This document shows, one piece after another, positions 27,701 through 37,540 of a stretch of 64,000 nt of DNA. The position numbers and the translations under genes are program-made. A model generated the notes under the pieces. That model did no database searches. It had not been told where the DNA came from and worked only from the letters and a program-made list of their open reading frames with translations. Position 1 is the first letter of the stretch, and every line of letters starts with the position of its first letter. The DNA is from a virus (Duplodnaviria > Caudoviricetes): the IMG/VR virus record IMGVR_UViG_3300033069_001940, positions 61,609 to 125,608 of that record. The stretch is one strand, 5' to 3'.

Positions 27701-28504
27701 ATGATATTAAATAATTTTTATTGGGTTATTAAAGATAAAAATACTCAAGAGTATTACACTAATGCATTAAAACTTTGGTCTAATAGTATTAAAAACGCTT
27801 GGAAATTTAAATCAAGAGGACAGGCTTATTTAAAACTTGATTGTCTTGGGAATAATTTTAAAGTCGTTAAAATTAAGAAAAGTTTTTCTAAAACAAATTG
27901 TATTAAGTGTAATGAGAAAATTTTTGCTCCAAGTACAAGCCCTGGTGTCTGTCAAGCCTGTGATATTAATACTAGTTTTGAAATTGATTATGATGTAAAA
28001 TCAAGAGATTTTTTAACAATTCATATAGGCTCAGATAGATTTGTTTTTTTAGAAGATCACAAAGATTTTTGTGAGTTTTTATCTCTTCATAAACCTTTAA
28101 GAAATTCAAGTTGCTGGGCCGGAAGGGGTTGGTATACAACCTCTGGCTGTGTAATATCATTAGCGCGATTGATTAATAATTTAAAAAACGATAACGGATT
28201 AGATTACAAAAAAAGCATTTATAAAAAATTATACCAAAAGGATATTAAACAAAAAGGTCTTCATTCAGATCGATATGATTCAAACCCTGAAGAATTATTA
28301 TTTGCATTATTTTGGGATGAAACAAATAAATTTTCAAAAACTTTAGATTATTTGCTTTCCGATTCAAAAGATAATAAAATCAATCTAGATTCAGTCTCTG
28401 AAAGAGATAGACAAGTAGCCGCCACTGTAATACAATGGCTTGGTAGTCCGGTCGGTAATCTATTCCTAAAAGATTTAGGCTATTATAGAAAAAAGTTAGT
28501 ATAA
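27701..28504 (+). CDS. Multi-module hypothetical protein (shared N-module, CxxC finger, C-terminal AATVIQWLGS domain)
   Basis: YWVIKD...YY...W...AWKFKSR..A...VVKIK; CIKC..CQAC. Confidence 0.7.
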   Translation: MILNNFYWVIKDKNTQEYYTNALKLWSNSIKNAWKFKSRGQAYLKLDCLGNNFKVVKIKKSFSKTNCIKCNEKIFAPSTSPGVCQACDINTSFEIDYDVKSRDFLTIHIGSDRFVFLEDHKDFCEFLSLHKPLRNSSCWAGRGWYTTSGCVISLARLINNLKNDNGLDYKKSIYKKLYQKDIKQKGLHSDRYDSNPEELLFALFWDETNKFSKTLDYLLSDSKDNKINLDSVSERDRQVAATVIQWLGSPVGNLFLKDLGYYRKKLV

Positions 28505-28565
28505 TGGAAAATTTATTGATAAGTAATAAGCAAGGGTCTTTATTTAAAAATAATTTGAGGTTTTA

Positions 28566-29597
28566 ATGGATAAATTAATTACTATTTTCTTTTTAGGTGT
28601 ATTAATAGGGCTAACCGTAGCTCTTATTGCCAAGGTTGTAAATTATGAAAATAATAAAGAAGCTTGCAGATCTCTTGATCAAAATACATCAATGGATGTT
28701 AAAATGTTTTGTGAAGCTTTGAGCGCCAAAGACAACCAAGAATGTTTAAAACTTGAAAAACTAGATCAAAGAATGGCTTGTATGAAGTGGAGATTTTAAT
28801 GGATAGATATTTAAAGGTTGGAGATTATTTTAAATCCAAAAAAATTGGAGAAAAAGCAGTAGGACAAGCCATTTCAAAAAGCGAATATAAATTTGATGAA
28901 ATTCCAAATGAACCATTTGTTTCATTTAGCGTATTATCTTTATCAGATTATCCTTTTAAAACTTTAATTCATTATAAAATTGTAAAGGACGGATGGTATA
29001 AAAAATCTAATATAGAATTAAATACCACAGCTTCGCATTTAGAGCTTGAAGATCAAATTTTTTTTAGTAAAAAAAGTATCTTTTTGCGGTGGAAGTAATT
29101 CCACACATGACCCTTGGCCTGATGGACATTATGTCGAAGCGGAGTCTTTTCCTATTAATAAATACAATTTATCCTTTTACCAGTCAGGCTGTTTTAATGG
29201 ACTTCTTTTTCCAAAAGATATTGTTTTAGTTAAAGGCGCTTCTAATTTAATAGAAGCAAAAATTCAAATTCCGGATGATGATAATCTTTTCTTGGATAAA
29301 TTAAAAGACTTTTTAAGGACGCAAAAAGCAGAAATTAAGGATTTAAAAGTAGGTGAATAAATGAATAATGAAAAGGCTATTGATGTAATTGTTGCGTTGT
29401 TTATCGTTGGAGTCGTGGTATTTAGTTTAGATACTTGTTTTCCTAGCAGCCCTGTTCCTAAATTGGAAGTAGATGATGGGACTACTTCTAGTCAAATGAC
29501 CGGCGCTGGAGGATTCGCTGGTAATTTTGAAGGTTTGGGTGGAGAAGATGCCGGAAATGAAACGCAAACAGAATTAAATAACTCTTGTGGAATGTAA
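28566..29597 (+). other. Four small genes, two with N-terminal TM/signal segments (28566-28799, 29361-29597)
   Basis: ORF track; 28799-29098 and 29046-29360 overlap and could be one frameshifted gene. Confidence 0.5.
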
Positions 29598-29598
29598 T

Positions 29599-30153
29599 AT
29601 GGAAAAAGTAGTTTATGCCATTAAGTGTATTAAGGATGGGTCTTGGTTTTCTGAGGATGGCGATTGGCTTTATAATAAAAAATATAGAGTAGAGTTTGCT
29701 ACAAAATCAGAAGCTATTGGGCGCATTGAAAAGAATGGTTACGATCTTGATCTTTGTGAAATTTCAATTGTAAAAATTACAAAGAAAAAATTTAATCAAA
29801 GAATCGATGAATTATCTGAGAAATTAAATTTAGTTTCCAACAAGATTGCTGATATCGAAAATGATTTATCTAAAATAAAAGAACTGAAAAAACCAGAACC
29901 AAGTCAAAGTTTGACTTCTAGAAAAGTTATTACTCAATCTTTTCAAGAAGGGGATGTTTGGCAATGGACATCTGAACGTGAAGCAAAAGAATATGGTGCA
30001 AAAGTTGGAACCTATGTTTTCGTTGGTAATCAAGATAGTTTATATCATAAGAGATTTTTAGTTCGTTATGGCACAAAAGAAGATTCTTGGCTAGAAGACC
30101 TTACGGATGGGCTTAAATTAGTTGAGCGTAATGGAGAGCTTGTAAATGAGTAA
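29599..30153 (+). CDS. Paralog family member (N-module + coiled coil + C-module B)
   Basis: YAIK...WF...W...F.TKSEA..IVKI; FQEGDVWQW...VGTYVF...WLEDLTDGLKLVERNG. Confidence 0.7.
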   Translation: MEKVVYAIKCIKDGSWFSEDGDWLYNKKYRVEFATKSEAIGRIEKNGYDLDLCEISIVKITKKKFNQRIDELSEKLNLVSNKIADIENDLSKIKELKKPEPSQSLTSRKVITQSFQEGDVWQWTSEREAKEYGAKVGTYVFVGNQDSLYHKRFLVRYGTKEDSWLEDLTDGLKLVERNGELVNE

Positions 30154-30646
30154 ATATTATTACGTATTAAAAAACCAAAATTGGTATTGGTCTTCCAACG
30201 GACAATGGGATAATAAAGTTAACAGAAAACATTTCCTCTCAGAGGCAGCGGCTAGAGAGGAAGGATTAAAAGCGCTAATATTATTTAATAATATTCCTAC
30301 TGGTACAAAAATTGTGCGCGTTAACGTGAAAACAAAATCGCAAATTGTAGAAGATCGTCTTGGAAAAGAAATCGCTAATCTTAAAAAACAATTAGAAGAA
30401 TTAAAATCCGCAAATAAAAAAACAAATCTTAAATTTGAAGCAGGAGATGTTTGGCGATGGGTCGATGAAAAGGAAGCAAATGATCACGAAGCAGAAGTCG
30501 GAACATATGTTTTTATTTCTCATCCATGCACTTATTCTGAATCTAATAATGTTTTTGTTCGATATTCTTCTCGTGAAGATTATTGGCTTGAGGATGCAAT
30601 CGAAGGATTAGAATTAGTTGAACGTAGTGGAAAATTGGTTAAATAA
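30146..30646 (+). CDS. Paralog family member (N-module + coiled coil + C-module B)
   Basis: FEAGDVWRW...VGTYVF...WLEDAIEGLELVERSG, clearly paralogous to the preceding gene. Confidence 0.75.
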   Translation: MSKYYYVLKNQNWYWSSNGQWDNKVNRKHFLSEAAAREEGLKALILFNNIPTGTKIVRVNVKTKSQIVEDRLGKEIANLKKQLEELKSANKKTNLKFEAGDVWRWVDEKEANDHEAEVGTYVFISHPCTYSESNNVFVRYSSREDYWLEDAIEGLELVERSGKLVK

Positions 30647-30648
30647 TT

Positions 30649-30849
30649 ATGTATATAGTAAAATGGATAAATCTTTATTTAAAATTATCCAAATTAAAAT
30701 TTATCAAATATGAATTTGCTTCTCATCAAAAAGGCTGTATCAAATTTAAATCAAAATCCGAAGCGCAAAATGTTATTAACTCTTTAACATCAGAAATAAA
30801 ATATTTATTTCGTATAGTAAAATTAAAATCAAAATCTAGCAAGGTTTAA
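30649..30849 (+). CDS. Paralog family member (N-module only)
   Basis: MYIVK..NLYL...QK.C.KF.SKSEA...FRIVKLK. Confidence 0.7.
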   Translation: MYIVKWINLYLKLSKLKFIKYEFASHQKGCIKFKSKSEAQNVINSLTSEIKYLFRIVKLKSKSSKV

Positions 30850-30850
30850 A

Positions 30851-31246
30851 ATGTATATTGTAAAATATGAAAATTTGTATCTAAGATGCGCGGACGAAGC
30901 CAATGATTGTAAATTAGTTTCTAGGCAAAAGTATTGCACAAAATTCTCATCGAAATCTGAAGCAAAAGATGCCATCATTTTTTATGATGAAGAGGAAATG
31001 CAAAAGAAATTTAGAATAGTAAAATTAAAAAATAAATCAAAACTGCCAAAATTAGTTAAACCTGGAACCGTTTGGAGATTTGCTAACGCTATGGATAAAA
31101 ATAAAGTTTTTATTTGCACAGGCTATTCTAATTTTATAGAATATGTATCATCAACTGAGCCACATATAATAAAAATTTATGGAGGTTTAATTGATTTTCA
31201 AACAGATGTAGAAAATAAATATATAGAAATTATTTATGAGCCATAA
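30851..31246 (+). CDS. Paralog family member (N-module + C-module A)
   Basis: MYIVK..NLYL...KF.SKSEA...FRIVKLK then VKPGTVWRF...IEIIYEP. Confidence 0.7.
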   Translation: MYIVKYENLYLRCADEANDCKLVSRQKYCTKFSSKSEAKDAIIFYDEEEMQKKFRIVKLKNKSKLPKLVKPGTVWRFANAMDKNKVFICTGYSNFIEYVSSTEPHIIKIYGGLIDFQTDVENKYIEIIYEP

Positions 31247-31288
31247 AATAGTTAATTAAAATTTTGGTAATATTAAAGAATTTAAATT

Positions 31289-31705
31289 ATGAATTTGTTT
31301 AAATTTTCTAATTTTTTTTTCAATTCTTCAATTGAAGATTATTATATGCAAGAAGCTTGTGCTTATTTTGCAATTGCTTTAGCGAGAAAATTTGGATATA
31401 ATTTATGTATCCTTATAGATGATAATTCTTATTACGATGAAGATGAACAATATCCAGCTATTGCGCATGTATTTGCTAAATCAAAAAATAATAAATGCGT
31501 TGATATAAAAGGCGTCAGATCAATATCTGAAATCAAAAATGATTTTTGGGATCTTGATTCGCCCCATGTTATTGATGTAACAGAAGAAGAATTAAAAAAA
31601 TATATGGGAGAAGATGATAGTAAACCATTGTATCCATATAATGATAATGAGATTAATGATGCGCTTGTTATTATAAATGATAATGAAAACTTATATAAAT
31701 CATAA
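31289..31705 (+). CDS. Papain/transglutaminase-like fold protein (Cys-His-Asp)
   Basis: CAYFAIAL...AHVF...VDIKG; preceded by the putative late promoter motif. Confidence 0.5.
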   Translation: MNLFKFSNFFFNSSIEDYYMQEACAYFAIALARKFGYNLCILIDDNSYYDEDEQYPAIAHVFAKSKNNKCVDIKGVRSISEIKNDFWDLDSPHVIDVTEEELKKYMGEDDSKPLYPYNDNEINDALVIINDNENLYKS

Positions 31706-31735
31706 ATTAATATCTAATAAATATAGAGATTATTT

Positions 31736-32002
31736 ATGAGCCAAATTGAGATTAATATGGAAAATTCAAAAGATAAAGTTGTTAAAGGATGCATTAGAAT
31801 TATTGATGTTTTATTGGCTTCTGGCAGTGACGAAGACGCGCATTTGTGGGGTCTTAATCCAGAAGTTTCCGGAAAAGAAATTTTAAATTATATTGAAAAT
31901 ATAGAGAATGTGGACCGATTAATGAGTGATTTGCGACCTGTTATTTTTAAATGGTTAAAAATAACGGCCGAAGATTATATTGATTGTGCAAAAAAGTCTT
32001 GA
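31736..32002 (+). CDS. Hypothetical protein
   Basis: 88-aa ORF. Confidence 0.55.
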   Translation: MSQIEINMENSKDKVVKGCIRIIDVLLASGSDEDAHLWGLNPEVSGKEILNYIENIENVDRLMSDLRPVIFKWLKITAEDYIDCAKKS

Positions 32003-32026
32003 CTTATCAATAACTTGTTTTAATAT
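31999..32026 (+). promoter_or_regulatory. Sigma70-like promoter for hsp20
   Basis: TTGACT-N16-TAATAT; strong SD AAGGAGG downstream. Confidence 0.45.
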
Positions 32027-32063
32027 ATGCATGCAGCCTTGGCTGTTAAATTAAGGAGGAAAT

Positions 32064-32471
32064 ATGACTAATTTAGTTAAGAAAGATCCATTTGATATTT
32101 TTTCTAGATTTTTCACAGTTGATAACTTTTTTTCTAGGCCAACATTTGCTTCTTGGCCAGATTCAGATTGGGTATTAGATGGAGACAAATATCTTTTGAG
32201 ACTGGAAGTTCCAGGATTTTCTCAATCAGATTTAAAGGTTAACGTTTATCAAGAAAATAAAGTTAGAGTAGTCGGCTCAGTATCTATTGATAATAAATTT
32301 AGACATTCTAGTTCTAGTATAGATTATAGTTATTCGTTACCAGATAACTCTGACCCAGAAACATTAGAAGCCAGCTATCAATCTGGCGTTCTATTAATTT
32401 CTGTGACTCGAAAAACGTCGAGCGCGCGAGAGTTAACTATTAAATGTTCAGAGGAAAAAGAGAGTAAGTAG
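32064..32471 (+). CDS. Small heat-shock protein (Hsp20/alpha-crystallin)
   Basis: LEVPGF...DL.V, YSLP...D...LEASYQSGVLLI. Confidence 0.9.
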   Translation: MTNLVKKDPFDIFSRFFTVDNFFSRPTFASWPDSDWVLDGDKYLLRLEVPGFSQSDLKVNVYQENKVRVVGSVSIDNKFRHSSSSIDYSYSLPDNSDPETLEASYQSGVLLISVTRKTSSARELTIKCSEEKESK

Positions 32472-32493
32472 ATTTAAAATCTATTAAATAATA

Positions 32494-32522
32494 GAAAAGG
32501 GCTGTCAACGACAGCCCTTTTC
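32494..32522 (+). terminator. Intrinsic terminator
   Basis: GAAAAGGGCTGTC-AAC-GACAGCCCTTTTC. Confidence 0.85.
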
Positions 32523-32536
32523 CTTGAAAGGACATA

Positions 32537-33655
32537 ATGAATATTAGAGAAGCTCTTTGTGCAGACGATGTGTTGTTAGTTCCTAAATATAGTGAAATTA
32601 TATCTAGATCTCAAGTTGATCTTTCAGTAGATTTAGGTAAAGGTATTAAATTAAAATGCCCAATTGTCTCTGCGAATATGAGTAATATTTCTGGGCCCCA
32701 AATGGCAAAAGCTATCTCTGATTTAGGCGGATTAGCTTTACTTCATCGTTTTATGGAATATGAAGAAATAATGAAAACTTTTGTTTCATTAGTTGAAAAC
32801 GAGCCTTGGAGGAAAGATTTTATTGGTTGTTCTATTGGGGTTCAAGAAAAAGATAAAGAATTAGCCAAGAATTTGGTTTCAGCCGGATGTAAAATTATTT
32901 GTATTGATATTGCTCATGCCCATTCTAAAATGGGATTAGAGATGACAAAATATATTCATGAAACATATCCAGATGTTTTATTAATTGTAGGTAATGTTGC
33001 TACTTATTCAGGATATAAGGTGTTGTCGGATAACGGGGCAGATGTAGTTAAATGTGGCATTGGCTCGGGATCGATCTGCTCGACTAGGATTGAAACTGGT
33101 AACGGGGTTCCGCAATTAACCGCTTTAAGTGATATTTATGAACAAGCTATTCATAAAGAAAATATTATTAATGATTTGCACATATTAAACTGTTATGAAT
33201 CGGGTGGACCAAGTTATTTATTGATAAAAGATAGAATAACAAGACTCCAAAATGAAGCTGAAAATAGAGCTAAAATTATTGCAGACGGAGGAATTAGGCG
33301 CGCGGGCGACGCTTGCAAATATCTTTGTTTCTCAGATGCCGTAATGCTTGGTAATGTTCTTGCCGGAACCGATGAGGCGCCTGGAGATACTTTTGTCATT
33401 GATGGGGTGACGCATAAAACCTACGCAGGAAGCTCCACGCATAAGTCTAATCATATTGAGGGGGTGGTGGGCCTAGTTCCATCCAAAGGCCCTGTTAAAA
33501 AGGTTGTGGAGTCCTTCTTAGAGGGGATTCGTTCAGGTTGTTCGTACCAAGGAGTCTCCAATCTTGAAGATTTAAAAAAGAATCCAGAATTTGTTAGAAT
33601 TTCGTCCGCAGGATTAATTGAATCTCATCCTCATTCAGTAAAGATTGTCAAATGA
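32537..33655 (+). CDS. IMP dehydrogenase/GMP reductase family, no CBS domains (GMP reductase-like)
   Basis: [40 protein letters not shown], short flap YAGSS...EG. Confidence 0.88.
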   Translation: MNIREALCADDVLLVPKYSEIISRSQVDLSVDLGKGIKLKCPIVSANMSNISGPQMAKAISDLGGLALLHRFMEYEEIMKTFVSLVENEPWRKDFIGCSIGVQEKDKELAKNLVSAGCKIICIDIAHAHSKMGLEMTKYIHETYPDVLLIVGNVATYSGYKVLSDNGADVVKCGIGSGSICSTRIETGNGVPQLTALSDIYEQAIHKENIINDLHILNCYESGGPSYLLIKDRITRLQNEAENRAKIIADGGIRRAGDACKYLCFSDAVMLGNVLAGTDEAPGDTFVIDGVTHKTYAGSSTHKSNHIEGVVGLVPSKGPVKKVVESFLEGIRSGCSYQGVSNLEDLKKNPEFVRISSAGLIESHPHSVKIVK

Positions 33656-34653
33656 TTAAAAAAATAGTAATTCAAATGTTTTCGGAAGATAATGGTATTG
33701 AAAATAAAGAAGAAATAATTTTAGATAATGTCTGTAGAGGAACCATTAACGAGACGACTAATTTTTCTGAAATTAGGGCGGTAGATGGTAATTTAGTTGG
33801 ATTCCAAAGCAATTATTATAATTTTAATTTATCGGTGGAATATAAAAAGAATAAATAAGAGAGGCGACGAATATTTTGATATATATTTATGCTATCAGAA
33901 TATGACGCTATTAAGACAGTTTTTGGTATTTTTAGAGCCGTAGACTACAAGCCAGAGAAAAGCGTAGTTTTAGCAAAAAGTTTATCTGGACAAACTATTG
34001 CGTCTTGGTTAGTTTGTCCAAGTGACGTTTTAGCAGGTAAGCAATATTGGAATTTTGATTACATGCCTTCAGGGGCTAGTCTTATTCTCTTATCCCCTGA
34101 AGGTAAAAAATCAACAGTTAAAAACTTTGTTATCTCGTGGGGTAAGTTTGTATTAAATGGGACCATATAGAAATAATCCAAAACAAATTTCAGCACCGAA
34201 AAAATCTAGTTTTTATCATAAATTAAAAACATACTTATTTAGCTCAACTTTCGATCTCTTGGAATTAAAGAGACAAGGTTATTGTCGAGTCTGTAGAAAT
34301 ATGTTGATTTCTTGTTCAGACGGATTAGAACGTGCTGAGTATCAGGTCCATTTGCGTTTATCTGGTAGATTACGAGGTTGTACATGTAAAATGACCGATG
34401 AGTGCAGAAGCGAATATTGCGTTTATTGTAAATAAAAGGAAGTATGGAAGAAACAAGAGAGTCGCTCAAAGAGTTTGAAGAAAAAATGAAAAATTTTGAA
34501 TTATATTTGGAAGAAAATGCTACAAAAATTCCACCAGATTTCTTAGAAAGTTTAAAAAATAATTTAGTTAAAATGAATGAATTATTTGAATTAATCAAAC
34601 AGCTTGTTGAAAGAAAAGAAAATTTGAAAAAAGAATGGGAAGATATTAAATGA
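33652..34653 (+). other. Four small hypothetical genes (33652-33858, 33889-34170, 34157-34435 Cys-rich, 34444-34653)
   Basis: ORF track, tight packing. Confidence 0.6.
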
Positions 34654-34700
34654 ATCTTGAAGAGATTAAGTATTTATATTCGTAATAAATAAGGTTTTGA

Positions 34701-35540
34701 ATGAATCAAGAAGAACAAAAATATTTAGAATTGATGCGCGATATCATTGCTAATGGCAAATTCTCTAATGATAGAACTGGAGATGGTTGTTATAGTCAAT
34801 TTGGAAGACAGCTTAGATTTTCTTTAGCTGATAATGTTGTACCAATGATAACAACAAAAAAATTATTTTATCGTGGAGCAATTGAGGAGCTTTTATTTTT
34901 TATTCGCGGAGAAACTAACACTAAATTATTAGAAGAAAAAGGCGTTAATATCTGGAAAGGCAATACTTCTAGAGAATTTCTTGACAGTCGTGGTTTAAAG
35001 CATTATCCGGAAGGCGAAATGGGTCCAATGTATGGATATGTTTGGAGAAATTGGCAAGGAATCGATCAATTAAATAACGCTTTAGATCTTATTAAAAATA
35101 ACCCCGCTAGTCGCCGTATTATGGTTACGGCATATGATCCCGCTTTATCTAGTAAATCAGTTTTAGATCCTTGCCATATGTTTTTTATGTTAAATGTGGA
35201 AGATGGTAAATTGAGCCTTCTCTGGTTTCAAAGGAGCGTGGATGAATTTTTAGGTTTTCCAATAAACTTATTAAGTTACGCAATTCTTACTAAACTATTA
35301 GCTAAAGCAGTAAAATTAGAACCTGGCGAGGTTATTTTTTCAGGAGGGAATTGTCATGTTTATAAACATCATGTTCCCGCCGTCACTGAACAAGTTAAAC
35401 GGGAACCTTATCCGTTTCCCAAATTGTATATTGATAAAGAAATATCTTCAATCGAAGACATGTGTAATTTAAAATTTGAAGATTTTAGAATAGAAAATTA
35501 TCAGTATCATCCACAAATAAAAGCTAGAATGAGTATATGA
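34701..35540 (+). CDS. thyA: Thymidylate synthase
   Basis: DRTG, TTKK, ELLFF, GPMYG..WR, SRR, PCH, QRSVD..LG.P.N, HVY. Confidence 0.96.
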   Translation: MNQEEQKYLELMRDIIANGKFSNDRTGDGCYSQFGRQLRFSLADNVVPMITTKKLFYRGAIEELLFFIRGETNTKLLEEKGVNIWKGNTSREFLDSRGLKHYPEGEMGPMYGYVWRNWQGIDQLNNALDLIKNNPASRRIMVTAYDPALSSKSVLDPCHMFFMLNVEDGKLSLLWFQRSVDEFLGFPINLLSYAILTKLLAKAVKLEPGEVIFSGGNCHVYKHHVPAVTEQVKREPYPFPKLYIDKEISSIEDMCNLKFEDFRIENYQYHPQIKARMSI

Positions 35541-35559
35541 TAGTGTTATATGCTTATGC

Positions 35560-36411
35560 ATGACTATCGGAATATATAAAATATCTAATAAAATAGACGG
35601 CAGATATTATATAGGGTCTTCAAAAAATATAGAAAAAAGATGGAAGACTCATAAAAGCCATTTAAAAAATAAAAAACATTGTAATATTTTCTTACAAAGA
35701 GCATATAATAAATATGGTATATCAAATTTTGAATTAACAATTCTTTTAGAATGCAGTAAAGACGATCTATTTAAAATAGAGCAAGATTATCTTAATCATT
35801 TAGATGATAATGCTTACAATTTAGCTAAACAAGCTAAAGGGGGTGATAATATAAGTTATCATTTAAATAGAAAGGAAATAATCGAAAAAATGAAAATTTC
35901 ATGCAAAAATGCATGGAGTAATTTTACACCAGAACAAAAAAGGCTTTTATCAGAATCTAGGTCTGGTGAAAATAATGGAATGTTTGGAAAACATCATTCC
36001 AAAGAAACAATAGAAAAAATTTCTTTCAAAATTAAAGAATATTATATTACACATGAGTCAATTAGAAAAGGAAAAAATTTTGATTCTATTTATACACCAG
36101 AAAAAGCAAAAGAATTAAGATCGAAATTTTCAAAAATAGCATCTCAAAGAGTTGGCGAGAAAAATCCATTTTATGGAAAAAAGCATTCTCAAGAGTTTAA
36201 ATTAAAATTAAGTGAATTGAGAAAAGGTCAATATAATGGATCGCAAAATATACCTTTCACTATAGATGGTGTTAGATATGAAAGCCTTTCGCAGGCCGCG
36301 AAGATTCTTAATTTGCATATTACTGTAATTAGGTGGAGATTACTTTCTAAAAATAAAAAGTTTGAAAATTATAAGTATTGCGAAAGAAATGAACAAGATG
36401 AAGAAAGTTAA
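35560..36411 (+). CDS. Free-standing GIY-YIG homing endonuclease with NUMOD3 repeats (I-TevI/Seg-like)
   Basis: GIYKI...YYIGSS...R; GENNGMFGKHHS and GEKNPFYGKKHS; C-terminal HTH. Confidence 0.92.
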   Translation: MTIGIYKISNKIDGRYYIGSSKNIEKRWKTHKSHLKNKKHCNIFLQRAYNKYGISNFELTILLECSKDDLFKIEQDYLNHLDDNAYNLAKQAKGGDNISYHLNRKEIIEKMKISCKNAWSNFTPEQKRLLSESRSGENNGMFGKHHSKETIEKISFKIKEYYITHESIRKGKNFDSIYTPEKAKELRSKFSKIASQRVGEKNPFYGKKHSQEFKLKLSELRKGQYNGSQNIPFTIDGVRYESLSQAAKILNLHITVIRWRLLSKNKKFENYKYCERNEQDEES

Positions 36412-36952
36412 AATTATTGCTTGTTGCGATATAAATGGTCTTATCGGCCGTGTGAATACAGGTGGTATGTCTGAAATTCCTTGGTCTTATCCAGAAGATC
36501 AAAAAAGATTCAAAGAATTAACCATGGGCACAACTTTGATTATGGGCCGTAAAACTTATGAATCACTTCCTACATCTAAATTGCCAGGAAGAACAATTCA
36601 TGTTATCACTAGAAATTACGATTATAAATCATCAGAAAAAGATAAAGTCTTTCAAAATATGAAAGATGCTATTATTCAAGCCAAAACTGATATTGTTTGG
36701 ATTGCTGGCGGCGCCGAAATTTATCAGGAAGCTTTGAATTTTGCCATGGCAACAGAAATCGATTTAACAGTAATCGACGGGATGCATGTTTTATTTGATC
36801 AAATAAAACATAATAAAACTATTTATTTCCCTCCAATTCCTTTATGTTATGTTCAAACAAAAAATGAATTAAATAAAAATGATAAAGCTCTTTATCATCG
36901 AACGTACGAGCTTATGACGAATTGGTATGGAGGTTGGGAATGGGAAAAGTAA
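36398..36952 (+). CDS. folA: Dihydrofolate reductase
   Basis: IPW..PED...F...T, IMGRKTYESL, LPGR, AGGAEIY. Confidence 0.92.
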   Translation: MKKVKIIACCDINGLIGRVNTGGMSEIPWSYPEDQKRFKELTMGTTLIMGRKTYESLPTSKLPGRTIHVITRNYDYKSSEKDKVFQNMKDAIIQAKTDIVWIAGGAEIYQEALNFAMATEIDLTVIDGMHVLFDQIKHNKTIYFPPIPLCYVQTKNELNKNDKALYHRTYELMTNWYGGWEWEK

Positions 36953-37296
36953 AATTAGATTTTTCATTATCCGGTGAAATTAAAAAAGACGATCCTAGAC
37001 AAGAAATTTGGAAAAAGCAAAGAGAAGAACGAGGCTTTGATGATACGGAGCTTTGGAATTTAGATGCAACTATAGCTGAATTTATTCTCCCAAGATTAAA
37101 AAGGTTTAGAGATATTGTAGTTGGATATCCAGGAAATTTAAACTCTCAAGATGAATGGTATGCTATTTTAGATAAAATGATTAAAGCATTAGAAATTACT
37201 ACTAGTAATATGAAATTATTATCTAATAAAGATCATGATTCGCAAGAAGAAGGTTTAAAATTATTTGCTGAATATTTTAACCATTTATGGTGGTAA
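36940..37296 (+). CDS. Conserved phage hypothetical protein
   Basis: GFDDTELWNLD...YP...W..IL..MI...GL.LF..YF..LWW. Confidence 0.7.
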   Translation: MGKVKLDFSLSGEIKKDDPRQEIWKKQREERGFDDTELWNLDATIAEFILPRLKRFRDIVVGYPGNLNSQDEWYAILDKMIKALEITTSNMKLLSNKDHDSQEEGLKLFAEYFNHLWW

Positions 37297-37297
37297 T

Positions 37298-37540
37298 ATG
37301 AAAATCTATGCATTATATAATCCAAATCATCTTCATTTAATCAAGAACATTTCTTTCTTTTCAACCAAAGAAAAAGCTTGTGCAGCCCTTGACGCTATGT
37401 ATAAAGGGATTAAATCCCGAGGTGGAGTTCATGAAATTAAAAAGTCAGAAACAGAATTCTCTTTTCTTTTTGGCTGGGAAGAGGCTCAAGTAGTTTGGAG
37501 AGTTGTGGAAATTGAATTAGACCAAGAGGAAAAATGTTAG
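37298..37540 (+). CDS. Hypothetical protein
   Basis: Probable start MKIYAL. Confidence 0.6.
   Translation: MKIYALYNPNHLHLIKNISFFSTKEKACAALDAMYKGIKSRGGVHEIKKSETEFSFLFGWEEAQVVWRVVEIELDQEEKC

Noticed and set aside
32032-32063. RNA thermometer upstream of hsp20
   Set aside because: The small GCAGCC/GGCTGT hairpin does not sequester the SD and lacks ROSE or fourU features
33130-33280. Mini-intein in the IMPDH/GMPR gene
   Set aside because: Too short; no N-terminal C/S or C-terminal HN splice motifs
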